DNA of 64,000 bases from Halarcobacter sp. (GCA_048571215.1 CP182352.1:3232001-3296000); one strand, 5' to 3'; positions 17,119 through 29,421 are shown, counted from the stretch's first letter. Notes: generated by a model from the letters alone, not told the origin. A program made the numbers and translations.

Positions 17119-19319
17119 TGAAAATATTAGCAAAAAAAATCGTAGAAGATGAGCAGATTAAAACTCAGACTTTACAAGAACATACAAATTGGGTTATGGA
17201 AGAAGCTTTGAAATTAATAGATGATAAGTCATTATCAAAAGTTTCTATAATAAGTGGTTGGAAAAAAGAAAAGATTTTAGATTTGATTTTTTTTAGCTGT
17301 TATTTTCATGATATTGGAAAAGCTACTATTGAATTTCAAAATACTATTAATAATGGAACTAATTCATATCATTCTTTATATAGTGTAAGTGTTTTAAACC
17401 AAATAAATGAATTTAATATTTCAGGTGAAGAAGATAGCACTATAAATTTATTACTAACTCTTTGTTTAACTCATCATACACTATTACCATATAATAGTAA
17501 TAATGCATATTTTACTTTTTTAGATAGTGTAGAGAGTATTTTTTTTAATTATAAAGACTCTTATAAAAATTATTTAAATAAAGAGTGTTTATATGATTTT
17601 GATTTTGAGATAGAAGAAGATATAGAAGATATTTTATTTGATATTGAAGATGATTTAAAGTACATAAAAGAAAATCATAAATTAAGAACACTTTACACAT
17701 ATTGTAGTGGTATATTGAACCTTGCAGATTGGCTTGCAAGTGCTAGGTTTAGCAGAAGTTTACCAAAAACATATTTTGAAAAACTACCCACAAAAGAAAA
17801 TTTTAAAGGAAAATTATCTTTCTTTCAATTAAGAGATTTTCAAAAAGATTTATCAATTTTAAGTAAGAGTGTACTTGTAGAAATACCAACAGGAGAAGGG
17901 AAAACAGAAGGTTCTCTCCTTTGGGCTATAAAAAATCTATATGATAAAAACTCTAAGGTTATATATACTCTTCCTACACAAGTAACTTCAAATAAATTAT
18001 ATGAAAGAGTGACTTCTCTTTTTGATAAAAATGAATGTGGACTTATACATTCATCTTCAAAGTTATATCTTGAGAAGGAGTATGAAAAAGAACATGGTTT
18101 AGTAGATGACTTCTTTAAAAGTGAAATAACTTTTAATAAAAACTTTTCAAAGCCTGTAACTGTTTCTACTATTGATTCTCTTTTAAAGTTTTTCATAAAT
18201 ATTGGTAGATTTAATATTGCAACAAAAAACTATTTAAATTCAGTTGTGATTATAGATGAAGTGCATTGTTATGATTTTAAACTAATGGGTTTTTTAAAAA
18301 AGTTTTTAGAACTTTGCAACGAATTTGATGTAAAAGTTTGTTTGATGAGTGCATCTATTCCTAAAAAGATAAAAGAATTATTAGGTATTGAAAACTATCC
18401 AATTATCACTGAGAAAAAATTATTTAAGAAAAAAGCAAATGAAATTATAAAAATAGATGAAGAACTTGATGAAAACTTTGATTTAATAATTAAAAAGTTC
18501 AAAGAAAATAAAAATATATTAATTATAAGAAATAGTGTAAAAAGTGCAACAGATACATATAAAAAGCTTAGAGATGATTATGGTATAGATGAAGATGATT
18601 TGATACTTTATCATTCTACATTTAAAAAAAGAGATAAAAATCAAAAAGAGAAGGATATTTTTGATAAGTTAGATGGTAATAAACCTTTTATTTTAATTGC
18701 AACTCAAATAGTAGAAATATCATTAGATATTGATTTTGACATAATGTTTACAGATAATGCTCCAATTGATTCTTTGATTCAAAGGTTTGGTAGAGTGAAT
18801 CGTAAAAAAGATGAAACTAAAAAGGGAGTAATATATATTTTTAAATATGAAAAAGAGTTCCCTTATAAGTCAAAGTATCTAATACAAACAACTTTTGATA
18901 CTATAGAAAATGGATATTTTGAACTTGGGGAATATGTAAAATGGCTAAATGTAGTTTATGATAAAGTATTTAAAAATGATATAAAGATAAATAATGAGAT
19001 AGATAGCCTATTTAAACAAGGATATAAAAAATATGATGATGTTCTAAAAGAATTAGATGGAATAAAAAAATCTGAAGATAATTATGACTTAAGACATATA
19101 GAGCAATCTAAAGTAGACTATTTATTAGTAGATGATTTTTTAGATGATAATATAGATTCAAAAAAATTTCATGAATATACTATTTCATTACCAAATTATT
19201 ATGGAAAAAAATATCTTTATATATCACAAAAAGAATCTTTTTATAAAGTTTTAGACTTAAAATATAATTATAGAGAGGGATTATTAATAGATGATGATAA
19301 GTCTTGCGAATTTATGTAA
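17118..19319 (+). CDS. cas3: Cas3 HD nuclease-helicase
   Basis: LQEH, HDIGK, ADWLAS, PTGEGKT, DEVH, SAS, QRFGRVNR. Confidence 0.96.
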   Translation: MKILAKKIVEDEQIKTQTLQEHTNWVMEEALKLIDDKSLSKVSIISGWKKEKILDLIFFSCYFHDIGKATIEFQNTINNGTNSYHSLYSVSVLNQINEFNISGEEDSTINLLLTLCLTHHTLLPYNSNNAYFTFLDSVESIFFNYKDSYKNYLNKECLYDFDFEIEEDIEDILFDIEDDLKYIKENHKLRTLYTYCSGILNLADWLASARFSRSLPKTYFEKLPTKENFKGKLSFFQLRDFQKDLSILSKSVLVEIPTGEGKTEGSLLWAIKNLYDKNSKVIYTLPTQVTSNKLYERVTSLFDKNECGLIHSSSKLYLEKEYEKEHGLVDDFFKSEITFNKNFSKPVTVSTIDSLLKFFINIGRFNIATKNYLNSVVIIDEVHCYDFKLMGFLKKFLELCNEFDVKVCLMSASIPKKIKELLGIENYPIITEKKLFKKKANEIIKIDEELDENFDLIIKKFKENKNILIIRNSVKSATDTYKKLRDDYGIDEDDLILYHSTFKKRDKNQKEKDIFDKLDGNKPFILIATQIVEISLDIDFDIMFTDNAPIDSLIQRFGRVNRKKDETKKGVIYIFKYEKEFPYKSKYLIQTTFDTIENGYFELGEYVKWLNVVYDKVFKNDIKINNEIDSLFKQGYKKYDDVLKELDGIKKSEDNYDLRHIEQSKVDYLLVDDFLDDNIDSKKFHEYTISLPNYYGKKYLYISQKESFYKVLDLKYNYREGLLIDDDKSCEFM

Positions 19320-19330
19320 AAAGGTAGAAT

Positions 19331-20143
19331 ATGGACAAAATACAACTTTTTGAATCGAAACAGATAAGAAGTCATTGGGATGAAAATAGTGAATTGTGGT
19401 ATTTTAGTATTGTAGATGTAGTGACAATATTAACTCAAAGTGCTAGTCCTAGAAAATATTGGAATAAACTAAAACAGAGATTAAAAGAGGAAGGAAATGA
19501 AACGGTGACAAATTGTCACCAGTTGAAAATGAAAGCATCTGATGGTAAGATGAGACTTACTGATGTAGCTACTACAGAACAACTTTTAAGGCTTATCCAG
19601 TCTATTCCCTCACCTCAAGCTGAACCTTTTAAAATGTGGCTAGCAAAGGTTGGCTATGAGAGAATAGAAGCTATACAAGATCCTGAAAAGTCTATTGATA
19701 CTGCTTTGAGAGATTATATGAAACTTGGATACTCTGAAAAGTGGATAAACCAAAGACTTAAAAGTATTGAAGTAAGAAAAGAGCTAACTGATGAATGGAA
19801 ACAAAGAGGAGTAGAAGAGGGTAAGGAGTTTGCTCTTCTTACTGATATTATTTCAAAAGCTTGGAGTGGGAATACTACAAAAGAGTATAAAAAACTCAAA
19901 AATCTCAAAAAAGAGAATCTAAGAGACAATATGACAAATCTTGAGCTAGTTCTTAATATGCTTGCAGAAGCAACCACAACAGAAATCTCAAAAGAAAAAA
20001 AGCCAGATGGACTAGATGAAAGTAAAAAAATAGCTAAAGAGGGTGGAACAATAGCAGGAGATACGAGAAAAGCGATAGAAGAAAAAACAGGTAAAAGAGT
20101 TGTAACAAATCAAAATGCAAAAGACTTATTAGAAAACAAATGA
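19331..20143 (+). CDS. Bro-N domain (phage antirepressor-like) DNA-binding protein
   Basis: IRSHWDE..WYFSIVDVV, YWNKLKQRL, DGKMRLTD, IPSPQAEPFKMWLA, ENLRDNMT. Confidence 0.85.
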   Translation: MDKIQLFESKQIRSHWDENSELWYFSIVDVVTILTQSASPRKYWNKLKQRLKEEGNETVTNCHQLKMKASDGKMRLTDVATTEQLLRLIQSIPSPQAEPFKMWLAKVGYERIEAIQDPEKSIDTALRDYMKLGYSEKWINQRLKSIEVRKELTDEWKQRGVEEGKEFALLTDIISKAWSGNTTKEYKKLKNLKKENLRDNMTNLELVLNMLAEATTTEISKEKKPDGLDESKKIAKEGGTIAGDTRKAIEEKTGKRVVTNQNAKDLLENK

Positions 20144-20634
20144 AAATAAACGGCACTTTAATCTCATACTTTTTTATATGTAAAACAAAACTCTGGCTTC
20201 ACGCCAATCGCATAAACTTAGAAGACAATAGCGAAGATGTACGAATTGGTAAAATTTTACATGAGATAAATGAATCAAAGTCAAAAAAAGCTGAGATAAG
20301 TATTGACAATATCAAGATAGATAAACTCACCCGTGATTATTTGGTAGAGATTAAAAAAAGTGATAGTGATATAGAATCTGTACGATGGCAGGTTTTACTT
20401 TATCTTTATAAACTAAAACAAAAGGGTGTTGAAAGAAAAGGGAAAATAGAGTTTATTGAAAAAAATAAACAAGATAAAAAGATACATTATATTGACTTAG
20501 ATGAGGTAAATGAAAAAGAGCTTTTAAAAATATGTGATGAGATAGAAACTCTTATAAATGCACCAGTACCACCAACAGCAAAATTTGAAAACAAGTGTAA
20601 AAAGTGTGCTTATTATGAGTATTGTTTTATATAA
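20140..20634 (+). CDS. cas4: Cas4 exonuclease
   Basis: Fe-S cysteines (CKTK; CKKCAYYEYC), KIDK..VEIKKS, QVLLY. Confidence 0.95.
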   Translation: MKINGTLISYFFICKTKLWLHANRINLEDNSEDVRIGKILHEINESKSKKAEISIDNIKIDKLTRDYLVEIKKSDSDIESVRWQVLLYLYKLKQKGVERKGKIEFIEKNKQDKKIHYIDLDEVNEKELLKICDEIETLINAPVPPTAKFENKCKKCAYYEYCFI

Positions 20635-20642
20635 GGATTAAA

Positions 20643-21963
<1,321 letters not shown>

Positions 21964-22127
21964 TTTTTCCAAGCTACTTAAAAACAATATCATCTAAAAA
22001 CAGCTATAATAAGGCACTTTTAAAAAGTTCTTTCACAACTTATTGTTTTAAAATAATCGTTTGAAAAAACTTCTTTAAAGAACCAATTAAAGGGAAAGTG
22101 TATTTTAGAAATGCCTAAATCATCTTC
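21964..22127 (+). promoter_or_regulatory. CRISPR leader
   Basis: AT-rich non-coding stretch between cas2 and the first perfect repeat, with TTTTTCCAAGC...GTTTGAAAAAA inverted motif; degenerate repeats are at the opposite end of the array. Confidence 0.8.
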
Positions 22128-25100
22128 CTTGAACCAAGACATATAATGTATTGAAATGTTTTTACTTTATAAACTGGTATGGGACGAGACTACTTGAACC
22201 AAGACATATAATGTATTGAAATTTATAAATACTATCAATTAAAGCTTTTGGAAGTTGCTTGAACCAAGACATATAATGTATTGAAATTAGTTTTGTTTAA
22301 GTGGAATTAAATCGCCTTGATTGCCTTGAACCAAGACATATAATGTATTGAAATGCACTACCTCAAGAGTATTAAAATTTGTCAATGTCTTGAACCAAGA
22401 CATATAATGTATTGAAATATATTTAAAAAAAGGTAGCAAGGTTTTACTTGAGGGTCTTGAACCAAGACATATAATGTATTGAAATCGTTATCAGGTCGTT
22501 AACTTTAGTAGCTTCGGTTACCTTGAACCAAGACATATAATGTATTGAAATTCTTTAAAGTATTGCATCTGAGTTTCAGTTAGTCTAACTTGAACCAAGA
22601 CATATAATGTATTGAAATGAATTTGAATATATTAAAATAGAAGATAAAAGTAGCTTGAACCAAGACATATAATGTATTGAAATTCACTTTACCAAACAAT
22701 ACTAGCAGGTACTGGAAAAACTTGAACCAAGACATATAATGTATTGAAATTTCGTAATTTTAGATGTACCAGCGATATAGGGAGTCTTGAACCAAGACAT
22801 ATAATGTATTGAAATTAGTTAAACTTCTTTATTTATAGATGTTTTTGAACTCTTGAACCAAGACATATAATGTATTGAAATAACCCATAGTGAGTATGAG
22901 AACCTTGAAAAGTATTTCTTGAACCAAGACATATAATGTATTGAAATAATTTACCAATAGCTATTAATCTTAATCTATTGGACTTGAACCAAGACATATA
23001 ATGTATTGAAATCCAGCTCAATTAGTTAGACCTTCAATAACTGTTTCTTGAACCAAGACATATAATGTATTGAAATAGGACTATCTAGTTCTATGATTTA
23101 TGGAGCAGGAAGTCTTGAACCAAGACATATAATGTATTGAAATTAAATTGGTTTAGGCTCGTTGAAACAAAATATTTCAAACTTGAACCAAGACATATAA
23201 TGTATTGAAATTTAGCAGTAACAGATGTACAAGGTACAAAATTATCTTGAACCAAGACATATAATGTATTGAAATACATCTACATTTTATTTGACTGGGT
23301 ATGTAGTATCTTGAACCAAGACATATAATGTATTGAAATTTATATAGAACATCATTAAGTTATCCAAACGGTAACTTGAACCAAGACATATAATGTATTG
23401 AAATCATCAACCACCCCCAAATCTTTGGAGTGCAACTACTTGAACCAAGACATATAATGTATTGAAATTACTTAATAAAATATCATTCTCATTTGCTGAT
23501 GTCTTGAACCAAGACATATAATGTATTGAAATTTGTATGCAGCCATTTTGCTATTTAATTGTTGTTCCTTGAACCAAGACATATAATGTATTGAAATATT
23601 GACTTTTCATCTATTTGTTTTCTTAGTATTTCCTTGAACCAAGACATATAATGTATTGAAATAAATTAGAAATTGTCCCTACTTTATTATTCCCCTCACT
23701 TGAACCAAGACATATAATGTATTGAAATCCCTTAGTACTAAACTTAGTACTATTACACCAAACACTTGAACCAAGACATATAATGTATTGAAATTAATAA
23801 GAACCTTTCTTAAATTAAAAATTAATTAACTTGAACCAAGACATATAATGTATTGAAATATTAATAAATATTCTAAGCTGCTAAATCAAGAGTGTCTTGA
23901 ACCAAGACATATAATGTATTGAAATTTGATGAAAAACTAACAAAGGAAACTATATGAGAGCCTTGAACCAAGACATATAATGTATTGAAATTTGTTTGGT
24001 TGGATTTGGAGTAGAGAAAACAAAATACTTGAACCAAGACATATAATGTATTGAAATCGTAGAAAAATGGTAGAACAATGGAATAAAAGTGGACTTGAAC
24101 CAAGACATATAATGTATTGAAATCCAAAGTTTTCAGTTTCCCAAGCGACTATTGGTGTACTTGAACCAAGACATATAATGTATTGAAATAAAGCTACAAA
24201 TGTTGCTTATAAAGTATTTAATTTCTTGAACCAAGACATATAATGTATTGAAATTTTGAAGTTATTTTCAAATCATCAGGTCTAACCTTCTTGAACCAAG
24301 ACATATAATGTATTGAAATGCATCAAAAGTAATCACAACTTCGTCGCTATCAACCTTGAACCAAGACATATAATGTATTGAAATCTATTTTGATATTCAT
24401 CATCAGGATTTAATAAATCCTTGAACCAAGACATATAATGTATTGAAATAGGTATTGCAAATGGCGATTACTACATAATTCCTTACTTGAACCAAGACAT
24501 ATAATGTATTGAAATCAAGCTACAATATTTGTACAGTTTGCAGAAAAAGCCTTGAACCAAGACATATAATGTATTGAAATATGTATGCAAATCCAAACGG
24601 AGTATATTTCCCATTACCTTGAACCAAGACATATAATGTATTGAAATTGCACTTGATGCACTAAAATCATAGTCAGGCGAAACTTGAACCAAGACATATA
24701 ATGTATTGAAATACTGGAACAACGCTATCTCTTGGAAATAAAACAGGCCTTGAACCAAGACATATAATGTATTGAAATACTAAAGTAATAACACTAAAAC
24801 CATCATCATAAAGAGCTTGAACCAAGACATATAATGTATTGAAATCATGAAATTGCATTGACTGGGGGATATTTAATTTACCACTTGAACCAAGACATAT
24901 AATGTATTGAAATCCGCTTATAGAAATTACAAACATAGTTTTATTTGTACTTGAACCAAGACATATAATGTATTGAAATATCTCTACCCCATCTTAGAAG
25001 ATGAGATATCTTCCCCTTGAACCAAGACATATAATGTATTGAAATTCTGGTTTAAGCGTTAAGTAGCCGTTAGCATTGACTTGAACCAAGACATATAATG

Positions 25101-26086
25101 TATTGAAATTACATAGTTAAACCAATTGAAAGAGTTTGAATAACTTGAACCAAGACATATAATGTATTGAAATCGAAAATCCAGTTACTCTTTTATATTT
25201 ACTATATTCTTGAACCAAGACATATAATGTATTGAAATCAGAATGGAATATCTGGATATTTCACATTAATGAATACCTTGAACCAAGACATATAATGTAT
25301 TGAAATTAACTAAGTTAACGGCTGTCATAACTAGCACGAACTTGAACCAAGACATATAATGTATTGAAATCTCAATAGATTGATAATCATCCCCATGCAC
25401 AATAACCTTGAACCAAGACATATAATGTATTGAAATGAAACAGAGGAATCAGAACCATAACACTCAGGACTACTTGAACCAAGACATATAATGTATTGAA
25501 ATAAATGTATGAGGGGTTTCAAGGTTTAAAAAGATTCTTGAACCAAGACATATAATGTATTGAAATCACAGTTGCCATAATGTTCTTCAATTTCTAAATC
25601 ACTTGAACCAAAACATATGATGTATTGAAATAGAACTTTCTATTTTTTTGTTATCACAACCTGCACTTGAACCAAAACATATGATATATTGAAATTTAAC
25701 CGTACATTTTTGACTAATTTTCCAACCTTCTTGAATCAAGACATATGATGTATTGAAATATAATGCCTCTAAAAACACTAACAATACCAGTTTTCTTGAA
25801 CCAAGACATATGATGTATTGAAATATCATTGCACCTTTTAATAAGTTGTTTGTTGTCATTCTTGAACCAAGACATATGATGTATTGAAATAAGCTCACTC
25901 ATGCTGAATGGGCTAAAAAAAAGGTACTTGAACCAAGACGTATAATGTATTGAAATTTCTTTTTTATTTCTTAGTATAGCTACCATGCTTTCTTGAACCA
26001 AAACATATGATGTATTGAAATTTTGTATCTACATTGATATAATCAGGTTTTTCATACTTGAACCAAGACATATGATGTATTAAATA
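22128..26086 (+). CRISPR. CRISPR array, 61 repeats (30 bp CTTGAACCAAGACATATAATGTATTGAAAT) and 60 spacers of 34-38 bp
   Basis: Counted by hand. Repeats 1-53 are identical, repeats 54-61 are variant, and the last is degenerate; ATTGAAAT 3' end is typical of type I-B. Confidence 0.98.
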
Positions 26087-26283
26087 ATAGTATATGCTTT
26101 TTTTTAAGATTTTATTGTTAATGATATATTTAGAAATATATCATCTCAAGCCTTATCTATTGGTGTATTCATTTTTTATTTTAATAAATCTTTTGGACCT
26201 TAAAATTATTAAAAATTTCTAATATTTTATTTTTTGTATTTAATTTTGTCATTTAAATTATCTTGTGTTATAATTTTTTTTAA

Positions 26284-26365
26284 AAGCATCTGAATGTGAT
26301 TTTTCACCATGCGTCCCGTTCAAGCTAGCTTGAAGTGAGGGAGTAGACGACCTCTCCAGATGCTT
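26284..26365 (+). ncRNA. Candidate structured small RNA of unknown family
   Basis: GC-rich island with closing stem AAGCATCTG/CAGATGCTT and inner palindrome TTCAAGCTAGCTTGAA; extended -10 TGnTATAAT at 26266-26274. Confidence 0.5.
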
Positions 26366-26411
26366 CTTTACAAATCTTTTTAATTCATTTCATTTTGTAT
26401 TTATTAAAAGT

Positions 26412-26432
26412 TTTGAACCAAAATATATGTAT
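26412..26432 (+). repeat. Orphan degenerate CRISPR repeat
   Basis: TTTGAACCAAAATATATGTAT resembles the trailer variant CTTGAACCAAAACATATGATGTAT. Confidence 0.45.
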
Positions 26433-26464
26433 AAAAAAAGATTTTTAATTTTTTAATATAAAAT

Positions 26465-26800
26465 CTATCCCAGTAAATCTTTCAATGACAAAAATTTTAG
26501 ATTTATCCCACTATATCTCATGATTTTTGCTGTTTCTTTCCATTGTTTTTTTTCATAGCAAGGGGTGGGGCATTTTCTACATTTTGGTTTTATTTCGTGG
26601 GAACACTCTTGGAGACGTTGAAAGGAATAGTTTATTTTTTCTAAACACTCTTTACATAGCTTCAAGTTTAAAGATATGTTTGTATCTTTGTATATCAAAG
26701 TAAGTTTCGTATTTATTTGATTTGTATGTTTTCTATCACAATAAAACTCAAAAAACTTTTTTAAGGTAGTTATTTCTTCATTGAACTTTTTTATTTCCAT
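26465..26800 (-). CDS. YgbA-like (nitrous oxide-stimulated promoter family) Cys-rich protein
   Basis: FYCDRKH, LCKEC, RLQEC, KPKCRKCPTPCY, IMRYSG. Confidence 0.85.
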   Translation of the reverse strand: MEIKKFNEEITTLKKFFEFYCDRKHTNQINTKLTLIYKDTNISLNLKLCKECLEKINYSFQRLQECSHEIKPKCRKCPTPCYEKKQWKETAKIMRYSGINLKFLSLKDLLG

Positions 26801-27043
26801 AACAAAAGTTTATTATAATCTATTTATAAATTCCTTGATATAAATCAAAGTAAATAGTTCCTATCCTAGAATTAAGTCTATTTAATATAAAATTTAAAGT
26901 TGTAGTAAAGTTCTTCAATTCTCTAATATTATGAATATCTGAAGACTTTTTAGGAGATGGATAACAAGAAAAAAGTAAAGAATTTAGTTTTATTAAAGAT
27001 AGATATATATTCTTATACTTAGTATATAAAAGAGTCAAGTTTT

Positions 27044-29356
27044 ATGATTGAAAAATACGATAACATTAAAAATCAAATATATTCTCATCCTAAACTGGGA
27101 CGGCGTATTGCAATTATTATCTTTGGGATACTTGCTTTTGTTAGTTATACAGTTCTTGTCTCTCTTAATCTAAATTATGCAAGAGAGCGAGAGTTGCAAA
27201 CAGGTTATGCGCAACAATCAAGCTTATCGAAGATTCTTGTTAGTCATGCAGAAGCAACATTAAAAAAAATTGATACAGCTTTATTATCAGTACAATTACA
27301 ATTATCCAATAAGTCAGAAGAATCTAGACCAAAACCTTCTGTTATAAATAATATATTAGCTTCTCATCTTGCGTTGATTGGGGAATCCCAAAGTTTACGT
27401 GTATCAAATGCATATGGACATTTTATTTATGATGCCAGTGGTATTTTACATTCTGCAACCATCAGTGATCGAGACTATTTTTTACGTAATCGTGATAATC
27501 CCTATGGTGGATTAGTGATATCAAAACCATTATATGCTCGTATTACCCATAATTGGGTAGTAACACTAAGTCGTGCAATAGTAAATGAAAAAGGACAGTT
27601 TGCTGGATTGATTCAGGCTGCTGTACGTGCTGAATATTTTCAAAGTATTTATGCTTCTTTAGATTTAAGTAAGCATCATAATATTACTTTATTTAATGAT
27701 AAACTTCAAATTATAGCTACTAGTTCACCTCAAATGCAAAGTCAATTAGGGAAAACTATAGATAGTAGTATTTTGCGTGATTTTGTAAAAAGTAAAGATT
27801 TAGAGAAAAGTTATACTTCTAACTTAGAAGAAGATGGTACAGAACGCTATTATATCGCTCGAAAGGTGGGGCAATATCCCCTTTATATCATTGTATCTCA
27901 TACTGTAAAAGATCAATTATTTGAATGGAATAGACAACTTATATGGAGTATTGTAGGTATATTTGTTTTGGCTTTTGTATTGATTGGCTGGATAGTTGTT
28001 TGGTTAAGAAGTTATGATTCTGCTTTAGCCCTTGCTAATCGTATGACCTCTGCTTATGAAAAAACATTACAAGAGATACAGTATTTAGCAGAACATGACT
28101 TTTTAACTGATTTGCCAAATCGTACTTTTTTGGAAGAGTATATGAATTCATTAACAAAAAATCAAGAAGAGAAGATTAAGATTGCCCTTCTTTTTCTTGA
28201 TTTAGATCATTTCAAAGATGTTAATGATACCCTTGGGCATACAGTGGGAGATAAGCTTTTAATTCAAGTAGCAAAACGTTTAATAAAAATTCTTGATAAT
28301 AAAAGTATTATATGTCGTCAAGGGGGTGATGAATTTGTTATTTTGTTAAAAGAGTATCCAAATTCTTTTTCCCTATCTGATACTGCTCAACGTTTAATTA
28401 AAGCTATTGAAAAACCTTTTTTGGTAGATGCACATGAATTTGTTATTTCAGCAAGTATTGGTATAAGTATATATCCCCAACATGGTACTGATGTTATAAC
28501 TTTACTTAAAAATGCTGATACAGCAATGTATCAATCCAAAGCAGATGGAGGGGGTAAATATCATTTCTTTAATGAAGAGATGAATATTAAAGTTCTTAAT
28601 CGTGTTGATATGATCTCTAACTTAAGACAAGCTATTATTAATAATGAATTTGTACTGCATTATCAACCTCAGGTTGATGGATTTAGTGGGCGGATAATTG
28701 GTGTTGAGGCATTGATTCGTTGGAACCATCCTAAGGAAGGAGAAATTTCCCCAGTTCAATTTATCCCAGCAGCTGAAGAGAGTGGTTTGATTAATCCTAT
28801 TGGAGACTGGGTTCTAAAAGAAGCTTGTAAGCAAGCAAAAATATGGAAAGATAAAGGATTGCCTAGTTTAACTATGGCAGTTAATGTATCAGCAGTACAA
28901 TTACGTCAAGCAGATTTTATCGATAAAGTTATGAGTATAGTAAAAAACTCTGGATTATCAGCAGATTGTATAGAGTTGGAAATCACTGAAAGTGCACTAA
29001 TAAGAGATACCCAACGTATAGTTAAAATACTTGAAAAACTAAGAGAAGAGGGTATAAGACTCTCTGTTGATGATTTTGGAACAGGTTATTCAAGTTTAGG
29101 GTATTTGAAGCATTTACCATTTAATAAGATAAAGATAGATCAATCTTTTGTTCGAGGAGTTCCTCAAAATGAAGATGATGTTTCAATAACTCAAGCTATT
29201 ATAGGACTTGCAAAGAGTTTAAAGATGGAACTAATCGCTGAGGGAGTAGAAACCCAAGAGCAATGTAAGTTTCTACTAAATCAAGATTGCCAAGAGATGC
29301 AGGGATATTATTTTGGCAAGCCAATGCCTGCAAGCAAAATAGAAGAGTTGTTATAA
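27044..29356 (+). CDS. Membrane sensor (Cache-like) diguanylate cyclase/phosphodiesterase (GGDEF-EAL)
   Basis: Two TM segments, HDFLTDLPNR, GGDEF, VEALIRW, DDFGTGYSS, EGVET. Confidence 0.95.
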   Translation: MIEKYDNIKNQIYSHPKLGRRIAIIIFGILAFVSYTVLVSLNLNYARERELQTGYAQQSSLSKILVSHAEATLKKIDTALLSVQLQLSNKSEESRPKPSVINNILASHLALIGESQSLRVSNAYGHFIYDASGILHSATISDRDYFLRNRDNPYGGLVISKPLYARITHNWVVTLSRAIVNEKGQFAGLIQAAVRAEYFQSIYASLDLSKHHNITLFNDKLQIIATSSPQMQSQLGKTIDSSILRDFVKSKDLEKSYTSNLEEDGTERYYIARKVGQYPLYIIVSHTVKDQLFEWNRQLIWSIVGIFVLAFVLIGWIVVWLRSYDSALALANRMTSAYEKTLQEIQYLAEHDFLTDLPNRTFLEEYMNSLTKNQEEKIKIALLFLDLDHFKDVNDTLGHTVGDKLLIQVAKRLIKILDNKSIICRQGGDEFVILLKEYPNSFSLSDTAQRLIKAIEKPFLVDAHEFVISASIGISIYPQHGTDVITLLKNADTAMYQSKADGGGKYHFFNEEMNIKVLNRVDMISNLRQAIINNEFVLHYQPQVDGFSGRIIGVEALIRWNHPKEGEISPVQFIPAAEESGLINPIGDWVLKEACKQAKIWKDKGLPSLTMAVNVSAVQLRQADFIDKVMSIVKNSGLSADCIELEITESALIRDTQRIVKILEKLREEGIRLSVDDFGTGYSSLGYLKHLPFNKIKIDQSFVRGVPQNEDDVSITQAIIGLAKSLKMELIAEGVETQEQCKFLLNQDCQEMQGYYFGKPMPASKIEELL

Positions 29357-29421
29357 AGAAATTAATGACTATATAAAATTAAACCCTACTGCTGGGACAT
29401 TTTTAGATAAATTGATGTTCT

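Noticed and set aside
24058..24093. Spacer 30 translates as RRKMVEQWNKSG, vaguely like a large-phage capsid N-terminus
   Set aside because: Too short to support without a search.
24255..24289. Spacer 33 shares TTTGAAGTTATTTT with a stretch near 59729
   Set aside because: Only about 14 nt of AT-rich identity, and the rest does not match. I saw no full self-targeting match inside the window by eye.
22833..26001. Minus-strand ORFs with repeated FQYIICLGS / FNTLYVLVQ / ISIHYMSWFK peptides
   Set aside because: These are translations of the CRISPR repeat, not genes.
26284..26365. Assignment of the structured island as tRNA-Sec, SRP RNA, a glycine/c-di-GMP/Mn riboswitch or a twister ribozyme
   Set aside because: Only isolated short words match, and the defining motifs (T-loop, SRP loop, aptamer cores) are missing.
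26820..27038. 72-aa minus-strand ORF
   Set aside because: No RBS or motif; it occupies the AT-rich divergent promoter region.
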